Source: Scyliorhinus canicula
Taxonomy: Eukaryota
Direction: 5' to 3'
Length of the DNA stretch: 64,000 nt
Assembly (NCBI RefSeq): GCF_902713615.1
Contig: NC_052154.1
Location: forward strand, 92,387,030-92,451,029
Both the position numbers and the translations under genes were made by a program. This document shows positions 42,390 to 54,500 of the stretch, piece after piece; position 1 is the first letter of the stretch, and each line of letters opens with the position of its first letter. A model generated the notes under the pieces. That model saw only the letters and a program-made list of their open reading frames with translations. It was not told the DNA's origin and did not search any database.

Positions 42390-42572
42390 TGAAATGAAAT
42401 GAAAATCACTTATTGTCACGAGTAGGCTTCAAATGAAGTTACTGTGAAAAGCCCCTAGTCGCCACATTCAGGGAGCCTGTTCGGGGAGGCTGTTACAGGA
42501 ATCGAACTGTGCTGCTGGCCTGCTTGGTCTTCTTTCAAAGCCAGCGATTTAGCCCTGTGCTAAACAGCCCCT
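42390..42572 (-). mobile_element. Short SINE with (CATTT)n tail
   Basis: Matches the reverse complement of 63455-63600. Confidence 0.75.
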
Positions 42573-43059
42573 TTTGAGAATGGAACAATTCACAATCTAG
42601 TTGTATGGGACACTTGGGATGAGCGGCGTTAATATGATACAATTTTTCATCAAGATGCAGAGTGAAGTAGTCAGGAATGTGGTGGAATATTCTCCACTTG
42701 CCAGGATGGGTGCAACTCCAAGAATACTGAAGAAACAAAGGAGTCTGGTTGTCTTGACCCTATGTTTTCTCAACATTTATATTTTAATTTCTGTGATTGA
42801 TCTTACATTGACTTAATTATTCTAAAATGTAATTCCCATTTAGAACTTGTGTGGATTAAGTGATATCGCCCTAAAAGAACCATTGCAATTCTAAACTGCG
42901 TTCCTGGCACAGAATGTTTGCTGCACACCAACTTCATGCTCTGAGACTGGTGATCATTTTCTTCATGCGCTGACAAAACATTAGTGATTATCGTCTATAG
43001 ACACTCAAACTACAATGGTGATGTTGCTGGTGGCATAAACAGGAAATCAGAGATGCATC

Positions 43060-46000
43060 TGATGCGCTATCAATTGCATTTAAAGACTCAAATCGGTACA
43101 AGAGAGGCTTTATTACAGTTAGATGTTTATCCTCCGACTGCAGCTGGTAGAATGTCAGCTCAGGAGAACGTATACATATTTATAGGGCTCCCTGTGGGCG
43201 GAGCTAGTCGGTAGGGGCTACCGGCGAACCTGTAGTACAGGTACTGCTGTACATCCCCTAATACAGGCACACACACAATTACACAGTGGTGGATCACCAC
43301 ATTCGCCCCCTGTTAAAAATGAGTCCGGCGGGGGTGACGTGGAACTATATACAGAATCCGTGAATTATTTACAGAGGGGAGGGGAAAAAAATTATGTGTC
43401 CAGCTTGTAACCCGGTTCCCGTCAGAGGTTAAATCTGTCCGGCGGTCTGATGGTTCGCTGGGAGCGACGCAACAGTGGTGGTGATGTCTGTACAGGCGGT
43501 GTCGACGGCGTCGGTGCTAGTGGTGTTGGTGCTGGCGGTGTTGGTGCTGGCCAGTTGCTGGATGACTCCGGGAGTGTGCCACAATCTTCCTTGTCCTCTA
43601 GCGTGGGCAGGGGAAGGAGGGATGGACCTGGTGGGGCTGGTGCTGGGAGCGCGGGTGGCGTATGGGTGGGGAGGTGTGTGGGAGTGGGATTCGCACCCGA
43701 AGGAGCCAGGTCCCTGAGCGAGACCGTACCCTGGCGGCCGTCGGGGAACTCCACATAGGCATACTGGGGGTTTGTGCGGAGCAGGCGAACCTTGTCCACC
43801 AAGGGGTCCGCCTTGTGGAGTCGGACTTGCCTACGCAGTAGAATCCGCCCTGGAGCTGCGAGCCAAGTCGGGTGCGACACCCCGGATGTGGGCTTCCTAG
43901 AGAAGGTAAAAACACGTTCATGGGGTGTGTTATTTGTGGCAGTGCACAGTAGAGACCGGATGGAGTGCAATGCATCCAGGAGGACCTGCTCCCAGCGAGC
44001 GGCTGGGAGGTTTCTGGACCATAGGGCCAGCTGGATGGCCCTCCAAACTGTCCCGTTCTCCCTCTCTACCTGCCCGTTTCCCCGAGGGTTGTAGCTGGTC
44101 ATCCTGCTGGAGGCGATACCCCTGCTGAGCAGGAACTGACGCAGCACATCGCTCATGAATGAGGATCCCCTGTCGCTGTGGATGTAGTCGGGGAAACCAA
44201 ACAGAGCGAATAAGGAATCAAGGGCCTTGATGACGGTGGCAGACATCATATCCGGGCATGGGATGGCGAATGGGAACCTAGAGAATTCATCGACCACACT
44301 AAGAATATACGTGTTGCGGTCGGTGGAGGGGAGGGTCCCTTTGAAATCCACACTGAGGCGTTCAAAGGGGTGGAACACTTTCACCAGTCACGCGCGGTCT
44401 GGCCGGTAGAAGTGCAGCTTGCACTCCGCACAGACCTGGCAGTCTCTGGTGACTGTCCGTACTTCCTCGACAGAGTAGGGCAGATTGCGGGCTTTGATGA
44501 GGTGGTACAACCAAGTGACCCCCGGGTGGCAAAGGCTGTTGTGCAGGGCATGGAGCTGGTCCACTTGTGCGCTGGCATATGTACCTCGGGAGAGGGTGTC
44601 TGGGGGCTCGTTGAGCTTGCCAGGGCGATACAAAATCTCATAATTGTAGGGGGAGAGCTCGATTCTCCACTGCAAGATTTTATGATTTTTGATCTTGCCC
44701 CGCTGCGTGTTGTTGAACATGAAGGTTACCGACCATTGGTCAGTGAGGAGAGTGAACCTCCTGCCGGCCAGGTAATGCCTCCAGTGCCGCACCGTTTCAA
44801 CAATTACCTGGGCCTCCTTTTCAACAGACGTATGTCGAATTTCAGAGGCATGGAGGGTGCGGGAAAAGAATGCCATGGGTCTGCCTGCCTGGTTTAGAGT
44901 GGCGGCAAGGGCGACATCTGAAGCGTCGCTCTCTACTTGAGAGGGCAGTGTCTCGTCTACTGCACGCATCCCGGCCTTGGCTGTGTCCGATCTAATACGG
45001 GTGAAGGCATGTTGTGCCTCGGCCATGAGGGGAAATTGAATGGACTGTATCAGTGGGCGGGCTTTGTCCGAGTATTGTGGGACCCACTGGGCATAGTAGG
45101 AGAAGAACCTCAGGCAGCGTTTGAGGGCCTTGGGGCAGTGGGGAATTGGGAGCTCCATAAGGGGGCGTGGCATGTGGTCGGGATCGGGCCCCAGGAGTCA
45201 GTTTTGAACTATGTAGCCGAGGATGGCTAAGCGGTTAGTGCTGAACACACACTTCTCCTTGTTGTAAGTGAGGTTGAGGAGAGATGCGGTGTGGAGAAAT
45301 TTGGCACGGTTGTCGTTGTGGTCCTTCTGGCTCAAGGCCGCAGATGGTGACATTATCTAAGTACGGAAATGTGGTCCGCAGTCCGTACCGGTCAACCATT
45401 CGGTACATTTCTCTTTGGAATACCGAGACCCCATTAGTGACGCCGAAGGGAACCCTAAGAAATTGATAGAGGCGACCGTCCGCATCGAAGGCAGTGTATG
45501 GACGGTCCGATTTGCGGATGGGGAGCTGGTGGTAGGCAGATTTAAGGTCAATCGTTGAGAAGACCCGGTACTGTGCAATCTGATTGACCATATCAGATAT
45601 GCGAGGGAGGGGGTACGCATCAAGCTGCGTGTACCGATTGATGGTCTGGCTGTAGTCCACAACCATCCTGTGTTTCTCCCCAGTTTTAACCACCACCACT
45701 TGGGCTCTCCAGGGACTGTTGCTGGCCTCGATAATACCCTCCCGAAGCAGCCGCTGGACTTCGGACCTGATGAAGGTCCTGTCCTGGGTGCTGTACCGTC
45801 TGCTCCTGATGGCGACGGGCTTGCAACCTGCAGTCAGATTGGCAAAGAGGGAGGGAGGGTCAACCTTGAGGGTTGTGAGGCCGCAAACGGTGAGTGGGGG
45901 TAGGGGCCCGCCAAATTTGAGGGTGAGACTCTGGAGGTTACATTGGAAATCCAGGCCCAGTAATAGTGTTGCACAGAGATTGGGGAGAATGTACAGGCAG

Positions 46001-47622
46001 AAACCGCTGAATTCAATGCCTTGTATGGTGAGGTTGACCACACAGAAACCCCGGATCGGGACAGAGTGGGATCCAGAAGCCAGGGAGATCCGCTGATGGT
46101 GGGATGGACCACAAGGGAGCAGCGCCTTACCATGTCCGGGTGGATGAAGCTATCGGTGCTCCCGGAGTCCAGTACGCAGAAGGTCGCGTGGCCATTGATT
46201 AGCACCGTCGTCAAAGCGGTAGCCAGGTTTTGAGGACGGGACTGGTCCAGCATCATGGAGGCGAGCAGCGGGCGATCGTCCGAGGAGTCCGATGAGGAGA
46301 GGCAGCGGTCCGGGTCCAGCGGTCCAGTCCCGAGGGGAAGATAAAATGGCGGTGTCCGAGGGACCTGTGGGGGAGAAAATGGCAGCGCCCATGCAGTGCA
46401 TGATGCGGGGGCGGGGCAAGATGGAGGCGCCCATGGTGCGCACAATGTGGGGGTGGGGCAAGATGGTGGCGCCCACTGGCCACACGTGGACCTGGGGGAG
46501 ACGATGGCGGCACCCACTGGTCGCACGTGGCCCCAGGAGCAGAGGATGGCAGTGCCCATTTTACGATCAGCTGAGGGAAGGGAGAGAAGTCGGGCGTGAT
46601 AGCGGTAACCGAGTGGGCCTGGCGCACCGCCGCAAAGTGGCCCTTCTTACCGCAGGATTTACAGGTGGCGGCGTGGGCTGGGCAGCACTGGCGGAGGTGC
46701 ATCTGATGGCTGCAGAAGTAGCAGCGGGGACCCCCAGAGTGCGCAGTGTGGCGAGCAGCGCAGGCAAATTGTGCGGGAGCGGCCCCAGTCGAGGGGGTCA
46801 GTTGCGGGGTCCATGAGGGGTAGGATGGGTGAGCCGCGCGGCGAGAAGCAACCATCATGGAGAGCGCTAAAGTTTTTGTCGCCGTTAGGTCGAGCGTGGC
46901 CCCTTCCAGCAGTCATTGCTGGATGGGGTCCGATGCAATCCACGTCACGAATGCATCATGCATGAAGAGATTGGAATGTTCCGTGACTGTGACGGCCTGA
47001 CAGTCACAGTCCCGTTCGAGAGGGATTAGGGCCCACCAGAAGTCTTCAATCGACTCACCAGGTAGTTGTACGCGAGTGGCGAGTACGGCCTTGCAAATAG
47101 AGTGTTCATCTTCTGGACGTAGTTTTCTTGAAGGAGTTCCATGGCACCTGCGTAATTTAGCGCATCCTGTATCAATGGGAACACGCTGGAGCTCAACCTT
47201 GAGTAGAGAAGTTGGATTTTCTGAGCTCCTGTCGGCTCGGGATTTGCTGAGTTGATATAGGCCTCGAAGCAAGCCAGCCAGTGATTAAAGTCTTTTCTGG
47301 TGTTTGGCGATTGCGGATCCAGCTGCAAGCAATCTGGTTTGATCCTGATGTCCATGATGCGGAAAATCTAACTGTAATAAATTGATGCGCTATCGAGCAC
47401 TTAAAGACTCGAATTGGTACAAGAGAGGCTTTATTACAGTTAGATGTTTATCCTCCGACTGCAGCTGGTAGAATGGCAGTTCAGGAGAACTCATACATAT
47501 TTATAGGGCTCCCTGTGGGCGGAGCTAGCCGGCAGGGGCTACCGGCAAATCTGTAGTACAGGTACTGCTGTACATCCCCTAATACAGGCACACAAACAAT
47601 TACACAGTGGTGGATCACCACA
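43060..47622 (-). mobile_element. Full-length Gypsy/Ty3 LTR retrotransposon (4563 bp), frameshifted
   Basis: LTRs 47383-47622 and 43060-43301 have TG...CA ends and differ by ~13 substitutions plus a 2-nt indel. Imperfect 5-bp TSD GCATC/GCATG; PPT just inside the 3' LTR. Domain order gag, CCHC, PR (LDSGS), RT (YPLP, PFG, YLDN), RH, IN (HHCC, DDE). Confidence 0.95.
43422..47355 (-). pseudogene. gag-pol of the Gypsy element, broken across several frames
   Basis: ORF pieces 47026-47355 and 46913-47272 (gag), 46253-46858 (zinc knuckle), 45834-46559 (PR), 45235-46041 (RT), 44388-45173 (RH + HHCC), 43422-44384 (IN core). Confidence 0.9.
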
Positions 47623-48469
47623 GCATGCAAGAAAGGAAAATCTGTAATTTGGGGGATTTCGCACACTAATGTTCTCTGCCAAACATTCTTCCCTCCGTAC
47701 ATCGACCATGTATTAATAAATGCAGCAAGGAACCTGCAGCCGCTTTCTCCTACTGCACACGTGTCCGTGCTTATTTTTCTACAAACCTTATTCGTCGCAA
47801 GTAGTGATTATTTGCCTGTGTCCCGGCTGATTGAAGCTGCAAGTCATTAAAATCTGCAGCTAGTGTCAACCGCTCTTATGCCAAACTGAACAACAGAGGC
47901 GTTTCATTTGGGTGAAGCATGTGAATGGTCCGTATTGCTGAGGCTATTGATAGTGGAAGCACGAACGTTATCGAACAGTATTTATTGTCTACCTGGTTAC
48001 TTTTAGCAATTATCAAATCTACAAGTGACGTAAAGAAACAACATGAACACCCAGGTATTGTCCTCCGCCTGGTTTACGTTGGGTACGGAGCAGTCTCCCA
48101 GGCCACAGCCGGTGATGTAGAGATTATCAATGAAATGATGGGTCACTGAGCTTGGAATCTTCAGAATTGTCCACATTGGGGTTCGAAACATTAATCCGTC
48201 TCATCATGGGGAAATTGTACGCACATGCCACTTTTCATCCCAGCTTTCCTCAGGGCAAGAGTTCCTGAGGCGAGTTCGGCATGGTTGAATTTAAACTCTT
48301 AAATTGTTCTCCATGGCCTCGTGTGGCAAATGGACAACTGTTTTGTTAAATCTCACCAAAGAGAAAGGAAAGGCATGTTCGCGGCTCAAAGACAGGATGT
48401 TGCGCCTTCATGGTGACATTTTAGGACCTCCGCCTTCTGACAGCAATCAGTCTGATCAAGTGGTTCAGG

Positions 48470-48524
48470 ATGTTGGTCAGTGTTAGAATTCAGTGCATTG
48501 CTGTTCTGGCGATCATTTTCACAG
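48470..48524 (+). CDS. Exon 1: signal peptide [18 protein letters not shown](G)
   Basis: Hydrophobic leader; phase-1 donor g|gtacct; 158-bp intron. Confidence 0.8.
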
Positions 48525-51500
48525 GTACCTGCTCCTATTATACACTATTTTCTCATTGAACCGTGTAGTTACGTTACCTTTTCTTGATACATGTGGCATT
48601 ATCTTTACAGATGTTTCCTGACCCGCTCGCCCTCGGTCTTTCCCTCCAATACTACCATATAATTATTCAATTTTCCCCATAGGCCCGGGTGGAACTTCAG
48701 TCAAAGTCAGTCAACTCCCTGATAGGACGACCTCAATCACCGGTACAAACGTTTCCTTTCATTGCTCGCTTCCCTTATTTCAACGCGGCCCACGTGTGAA
48801 TGTAAACTGGTGGAAAAAGGGCGATGATAACTATCTAAGATCGAGACAAAATGACAGGATGATAACTGGCTTCAAAACTAAATTCAGCGGCTTCCTTCAG
48901 ATAATCAATGTCACTGTGCAGGACTCAGGAGTGTACTATTGCACTGTCACCCATGAAGGCAAAACAGCTGGAAATGGAACCGGGTCTCATTTAGAAGTAT
49001 GGGGTACGTATCAGAAAAAGGTGAACGAGATTCCTGTAACTGTGATATTCCATAATTCGAAACATTTCAACGTTGTGCTTTGAAAGATTCCAATTGTAAA
49101 TTCAGTTTCACGATTAATATATAGACATGCAAATTCCACTGATGATTGTTACATGCTGATGCATGTTACGATATTTGACAAATATTGATCAAGACGAACA
49201 TTATCCGTTAACTGATCTCAACGTGTACTCAACAGGCTATTGAAGTAAAAAATCCCATATTGATTACAGTCCAATTTCCACAGTAATGGACAGTAGCGCA
49301 TATCTGAGAAAGATAACGCGCAACTCTTGTCCTATGTCATGGTTTGATTTTCCTACGTTGCTTACGGACGACCGAGCGCTTCTAATAGGATCAGATAGTC
49401 CATATTTATAAGTTAGTGGTCTATATCTTAAGCGTATATTTGTAATAGTTGAAGTTCACAACGTGTCATTTTGAACCTACCCCTCCACATATTTTCCCTA
49501 TCACTGACTTCTTGTAAATATGAGATCATCCAGGATCGTGGGGACGAACTCTCCCTGACTTGCTTAAGTATACTTTCCAATCCGTTTTCAGATTCAACTG
49601 GATGGCATTGGCGCGCAGCGGAACAACCATTCAGAATAGAACATTTGGCGAGATTTTAACCGCGTGGGCCATCGCTTTCATCTGCGTGCTTTTCTTTTGC
49701 CTGTTGATTATAGTTTAAATTATGACCGAAATAGTAGCAACACAAGTGAGCATGTCACTTAGGATGTAACTACTCATAATACAATATATATATTTATCCT
49801 CCCACCACCCTACTCCAGTATGCGACCAGCAATGGGTTGGAACACAACATTTATCTGGTAACCTAGCTTCACGGTATTAGCTGTGGCTGGGCTAGCATCA
49901 CACTCCTCCTCCTCTGAGGCACACGGATCTTGGTTCAAATCCCACTCCAGGAGTTGAGCATGAATATCAAGGCCGACATTCCTGTGCAATACCCCAGGAG
50001 TCCAACATTGTCGGAGGTGCCGTTCTTCGGATGAGAATTTAGGCTGAAGCCCACTCTGCCGTCCGGGTTGATGTGTAAATCCCATAACACAATTCTGAAG
50101 AAGGGAAGGGAAATGATTCCCGGTATCCAGGTCAATATTGCTCCCTCAATCAATATCACAAAAACGGATGATCTGGCCATGGTCACATTGCTGTTCACAG
50201 ATTGGCTGCCAAATGTTCAGTATTACAACAGTAACTCCAATTCCAATGTTCTGCATTGGCTGTGAAGCCCGTTGAGATGTCCGGTAGTGGTGAACAGTGT
50301 TATATAACCACCAGTATTTCTATTCTTTGTTGTTCTAGTTCCACCAACTCCACTGAAAATTAACTCTCAGCCAACTGAAAAGGATTCATCTGCACGTCTG
50401 ACTGTTCTGTGTGCCACAGCTCATTTTTCCCTGGAGAATATCAGCTTCACTTGGTATAAGGATGGCATCAAAACTGCAGCAGGGATAAATACCATCATTA
50501 AACCCAACGCCAATGGACTATATGAAGCTTCTAGCCGGTTGCAAGAGACGCAACCTGCCCACACCCCAACTGTTTATACCTGCCTTGTCTCTCACAGTAC
50601 GCTGCAAATTCCAGCTATAGCCACTCATGTTGTCACCTCTCCCAACACAGGTAAGACGTTCGATATCATGATGGAAGTGTACAGGATTGGAAATGGTTAT
50701 TTAGCTCAGCCTTCCTGTGCAGCCTCTTTGTTTCAGCTGTCAAATACATTTTCCCCAAAGTAACATTTCCTACACAACACAGAAATCAGTCTCCTTAACC
50801 CTCATATCCGATTATCTTTGAAAATTCCAATACTGTATATGTCATTCAAAACAAGCTTTCAGATAATAAAAGAGTTATGCAGACTCAAAACGTTAACTCT
50901 GTTTTTCATCAGAGATGCTACCAGAGCTCCAGAAATGGCAGCTCACCGTCCTGTTCTCATGTCCGCATGTCCATCCTTGGCCTGTTGCAATTTTCCAGTG
51001 AAGCCCCATGCAAACTTACAATTAGGTACGTTACAGCCTTTCGGACTTAACATTGAGTTCAACAACATCACACTTTGAACTCTCTACTCCAGCGTGGCCA
51101 CACTTTTTTTCTATCAATGTATTTTTATTTTCATTCCTTCCATTGATCTGTTTTTCCCTCACCACTGACCCCCCACTACCACTCAACTTGGCCAACTGTT
51201 CCCAGTTGCTCTTTAACACACTGCTCAACTTTGTTCTGCCATTCACACATTTTAATATCTTTATGTGCCACTATCAGCACCCTTCTTAGCCTTAATCATC
51301 CCCATTGATATTCCTTTTGTCTTCTGTCCTTGACATCTTTGTCTATCTCCATCTATCGCTGCCCCCTAACCAGCCCCACCACTCCACAACCCCCCCCCCC
51401 CCCCCCCCACCGCCACTACATTCTAAATCTGATACCATTTCCAACTGTCTCTAGCTTTGACACAGAGTCATCCAGACGTGAAGCATTCGTTCCCTTTTCT

Positions 51501-54500
51501 CTCCACAGGTGCTGTTAGGCCTCTTGGGATTGCCCAGTATTTTCTGTTTTTCATGGAGTGCCATAGGGATTAGTGCTGGGGCCTCAGCTATTTACAAATT
51601 AATTCAATTACTTGGATCAATGGACCGAACATACAGTCGCTGAATTTGCTAATTTCACAAAGGTAGATCAGAGTAAGTCGTAAAGAGGATAAAAGATGCC
51701 TGCAGATGGATATAGGCAGATTAAATGTGTGTGAAAAAACATGGCAGATGGAAATAATGGGAGAAAACGTGAACTTGTCCCCTTTGGCAGGAAGGACAGT
51801 AAAGCAGAAATTATTTAAAGGGTGAGAGATTACAGAACACTGCAGTACAGAGGGATCTGGGTGCCCTGGTACATGAATCACAAAAGTTTAATATGCAGGC
51901 ACAGCAAATGATTAGGAAGACAGATTGAATGCTGTAACTCGTTGCAAGGGGAGTGCAACATAAAAGAATATGGGCTGGATTCACTGATCACCGACGCCAA
52001 AATCGTGTTCAGCGATCGGCCGGAAAATCCCCTTTGAGGCGGCATCATTATTGCGATGCTCCGCCCCCTCAAAAATGGTATACTCATGTGGACGGCCTCA
52101 GGAAGGCACCTGAGGCACCACCCCCCCCAATTCTCCGCCCCCGGTGGGCGTGTTCCCGATAGTGGAGGACACATGTGCTCACAGTTACTTGAGACCTCGT
52201 TTGGCAGCTGCGGACTGAGTCCAGCGCAGCCACTGTCGGGGAGTGTGGGGGGGGGGGGGGGACCTGTTATCCTGCCAGGGGGGGATTCAGCGCGGGTGGG
52301 GGGACTGGTTCACAGGTGGTCCAGGGGAGACAAGGCTGGTTACAGGGGGATGGTTTTTGACAGGCCGGGTCCGTGCGCAGGCCACGACTGTGAGCATGTG
52401 CGGTCATGGACCCAGGAGCTTTATGCTGCTAGCTCCCCACTGGACGGAGGATCGGTGCAGGGTGGTGCTGACTTTATGGCCTTAAGACCAGACAGATCCT
52501 GCGGACATAGTCACAGGATCAGAGAATCCAGCCCTATATGTTTTGTTTAGGTTGTACAGGGCGTTGGTGGGACCACATCTGGAGAACTGTGTACAGTTAT
52601 GGTCTCCTTATTTATGCAATAACCCCCATCTGTAATTCTGGGAATTCAGAAGGAGACCAATTTGAATCATCCATTCGGCACTTCAGGAAAAACATTGTTT
52701 CAAATGCTGGAGCTTTATCTTTTGCACTTAAAATCTAGTTTCCCCACACAATTAAGGATACATAGATACATAAAAGATAGGAGCAGGAGGAGGCCTTTTG
52801 GCCCTTTGAGCCTGCTCCATCATTCATCACGATCATGGCTGGTCATCCAACTCAATAGCCTAATCCTGCATTCTCTCCATAGCCTTTGATCCCATTCTCC
52901 CCAAGTGCTATATCCAGCCGCCTCGTGAATATATTCAAAGTTTTAGCATCAACTACAAAGAACATAGAACAAAGAACAAAGAAAATTACAGCACAGGAAC
53001 ATGCCCTTCGGCCCTCCCAGCCTGCGCCGATCCAGATCCTTTATCTAAACCTGTTGCCTATTTTCCAAGGATCTACTTCCCTCTAATCCCCGCCCGTTCA
53101 TATATCTGTCCAGATGCATCTTAAATGATGCTATCGTGCCCGCCTCTACCACCTCCGCTGGCAACTACTTCCTGTGGTAATGAATTCCACAGGATGGGGA
53201 AATGTGTTCAGACTCTTCCTCTGTTCAGTCATTTAATTGCCCTCCACCATTCACAATGATTGTGGGAGGGTTACAAAACTTAAGTGTGATCTATTTGTTA
53301 TGAATCAGTTAGCTAAGTGAATCAAATGCTGCTTTCAACATTTGGGATGTGAGTGGAACCGTGTTATAGTTTCTCCATGTTTTCACCTCATTTGTACATA
53401 TGCCTGGTGCAGCTCCTGGCATACCCTGCTGCAATCTTCATTGAGATTTCATCGCGTAGTTTGACAGTACTACCAAGAACAAAGAACAAAGAACAAAGAA
53501 AATTACAGCACAAGAACAGGCCCATCGGCCCTCCCAGCCTGCACTGATCCAGATCCTTTATCTAAACCTGTTGCCTATTTTCCAAGGTCTACTTCCCTCT
53601 GTTCCCCACCCGTTCATATATCTGCCCAGATGCATCTTAAATGATGCTATCATACCCGCCTCTACCACCTCCACTGGCAAAGCATTCCAGGCACCCACCA
53701 CCCTCTGCGTTAAAAACTTTCCACACCCATCTCCCTTAAACTTTTCCACTCTCACCTTGAAATCGTGACCCCTTGTAATTGACATCCCCACTCTTGGAAA
53801 AAGCTTGTTGCTATCCACCTTGTCCATACCTCTCATAATTTTGTAGACCTCAATCAGGTCTCCACTCAACCTCCGTATTTCCAATGAAAACAATCTTAAT
53901 CAACTCAACCTTTCTTCATAGCTAGCACCCTCCATACCAGGCAACATCCTGGTGAACCTACTCTGCACCCTCTCTAAAGCATCCACATCCTTCTGGTAAT
54001 GTGGCGACCAGAGCTGCACGCAGTATTCCAAATGTGGTCTAACCAAAGTCCGATACAACTGTAACATGACCTGCCGACTCTTGTACTCAATACCCCATCT
54101 GATGAAGGCAAGCATGCTGTATGCCTTCTTGACCACTCTATCGACCTGCATTGCCACCATCAGGGGACAATGGACCTGAACTCCCAGATCTCTCTGTACA
54201 TCAATTTTCCCCAGGACTCTTCCATTGATCATATAGTCTGCTCTTGAGTTAGATCTTCCAAAATGGATCACCTCGCATTTGCCTGGATTGAACTCCATCT
54301 GCCATTTCTCTGCCCAACTCTCCAATCTATCTATATTTTGCTGTATTCTCTGACAGTCTGCCTCGCTATCTGCAACTCCACCAATCTTAGTATCATCTGC
54401 AAACTTGCTCATCAGACCACTTATACATAGATAGAACATTACATAGAACAGTACAGCACAGAACAGGCCCTTCGGCCCTCAATGTTGTGCCAAGCCACGA

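Noticed and set aside
47645-48225. NF-kB-like sites (ggggatttcg, ggggaaattg) upstream of the receptor
   Set aside because: Imperfect matches at chance frequency; no conservation data.
48912-48948. Perfect RSS heptamer CACTGTG (48912-48918) and CACTGTC (48942-48948) inside the V exon
   Set aside because: No nonamer-like sequence at 12- or 23-bp spacing; both are explained by Val/Thr/Cys codons.
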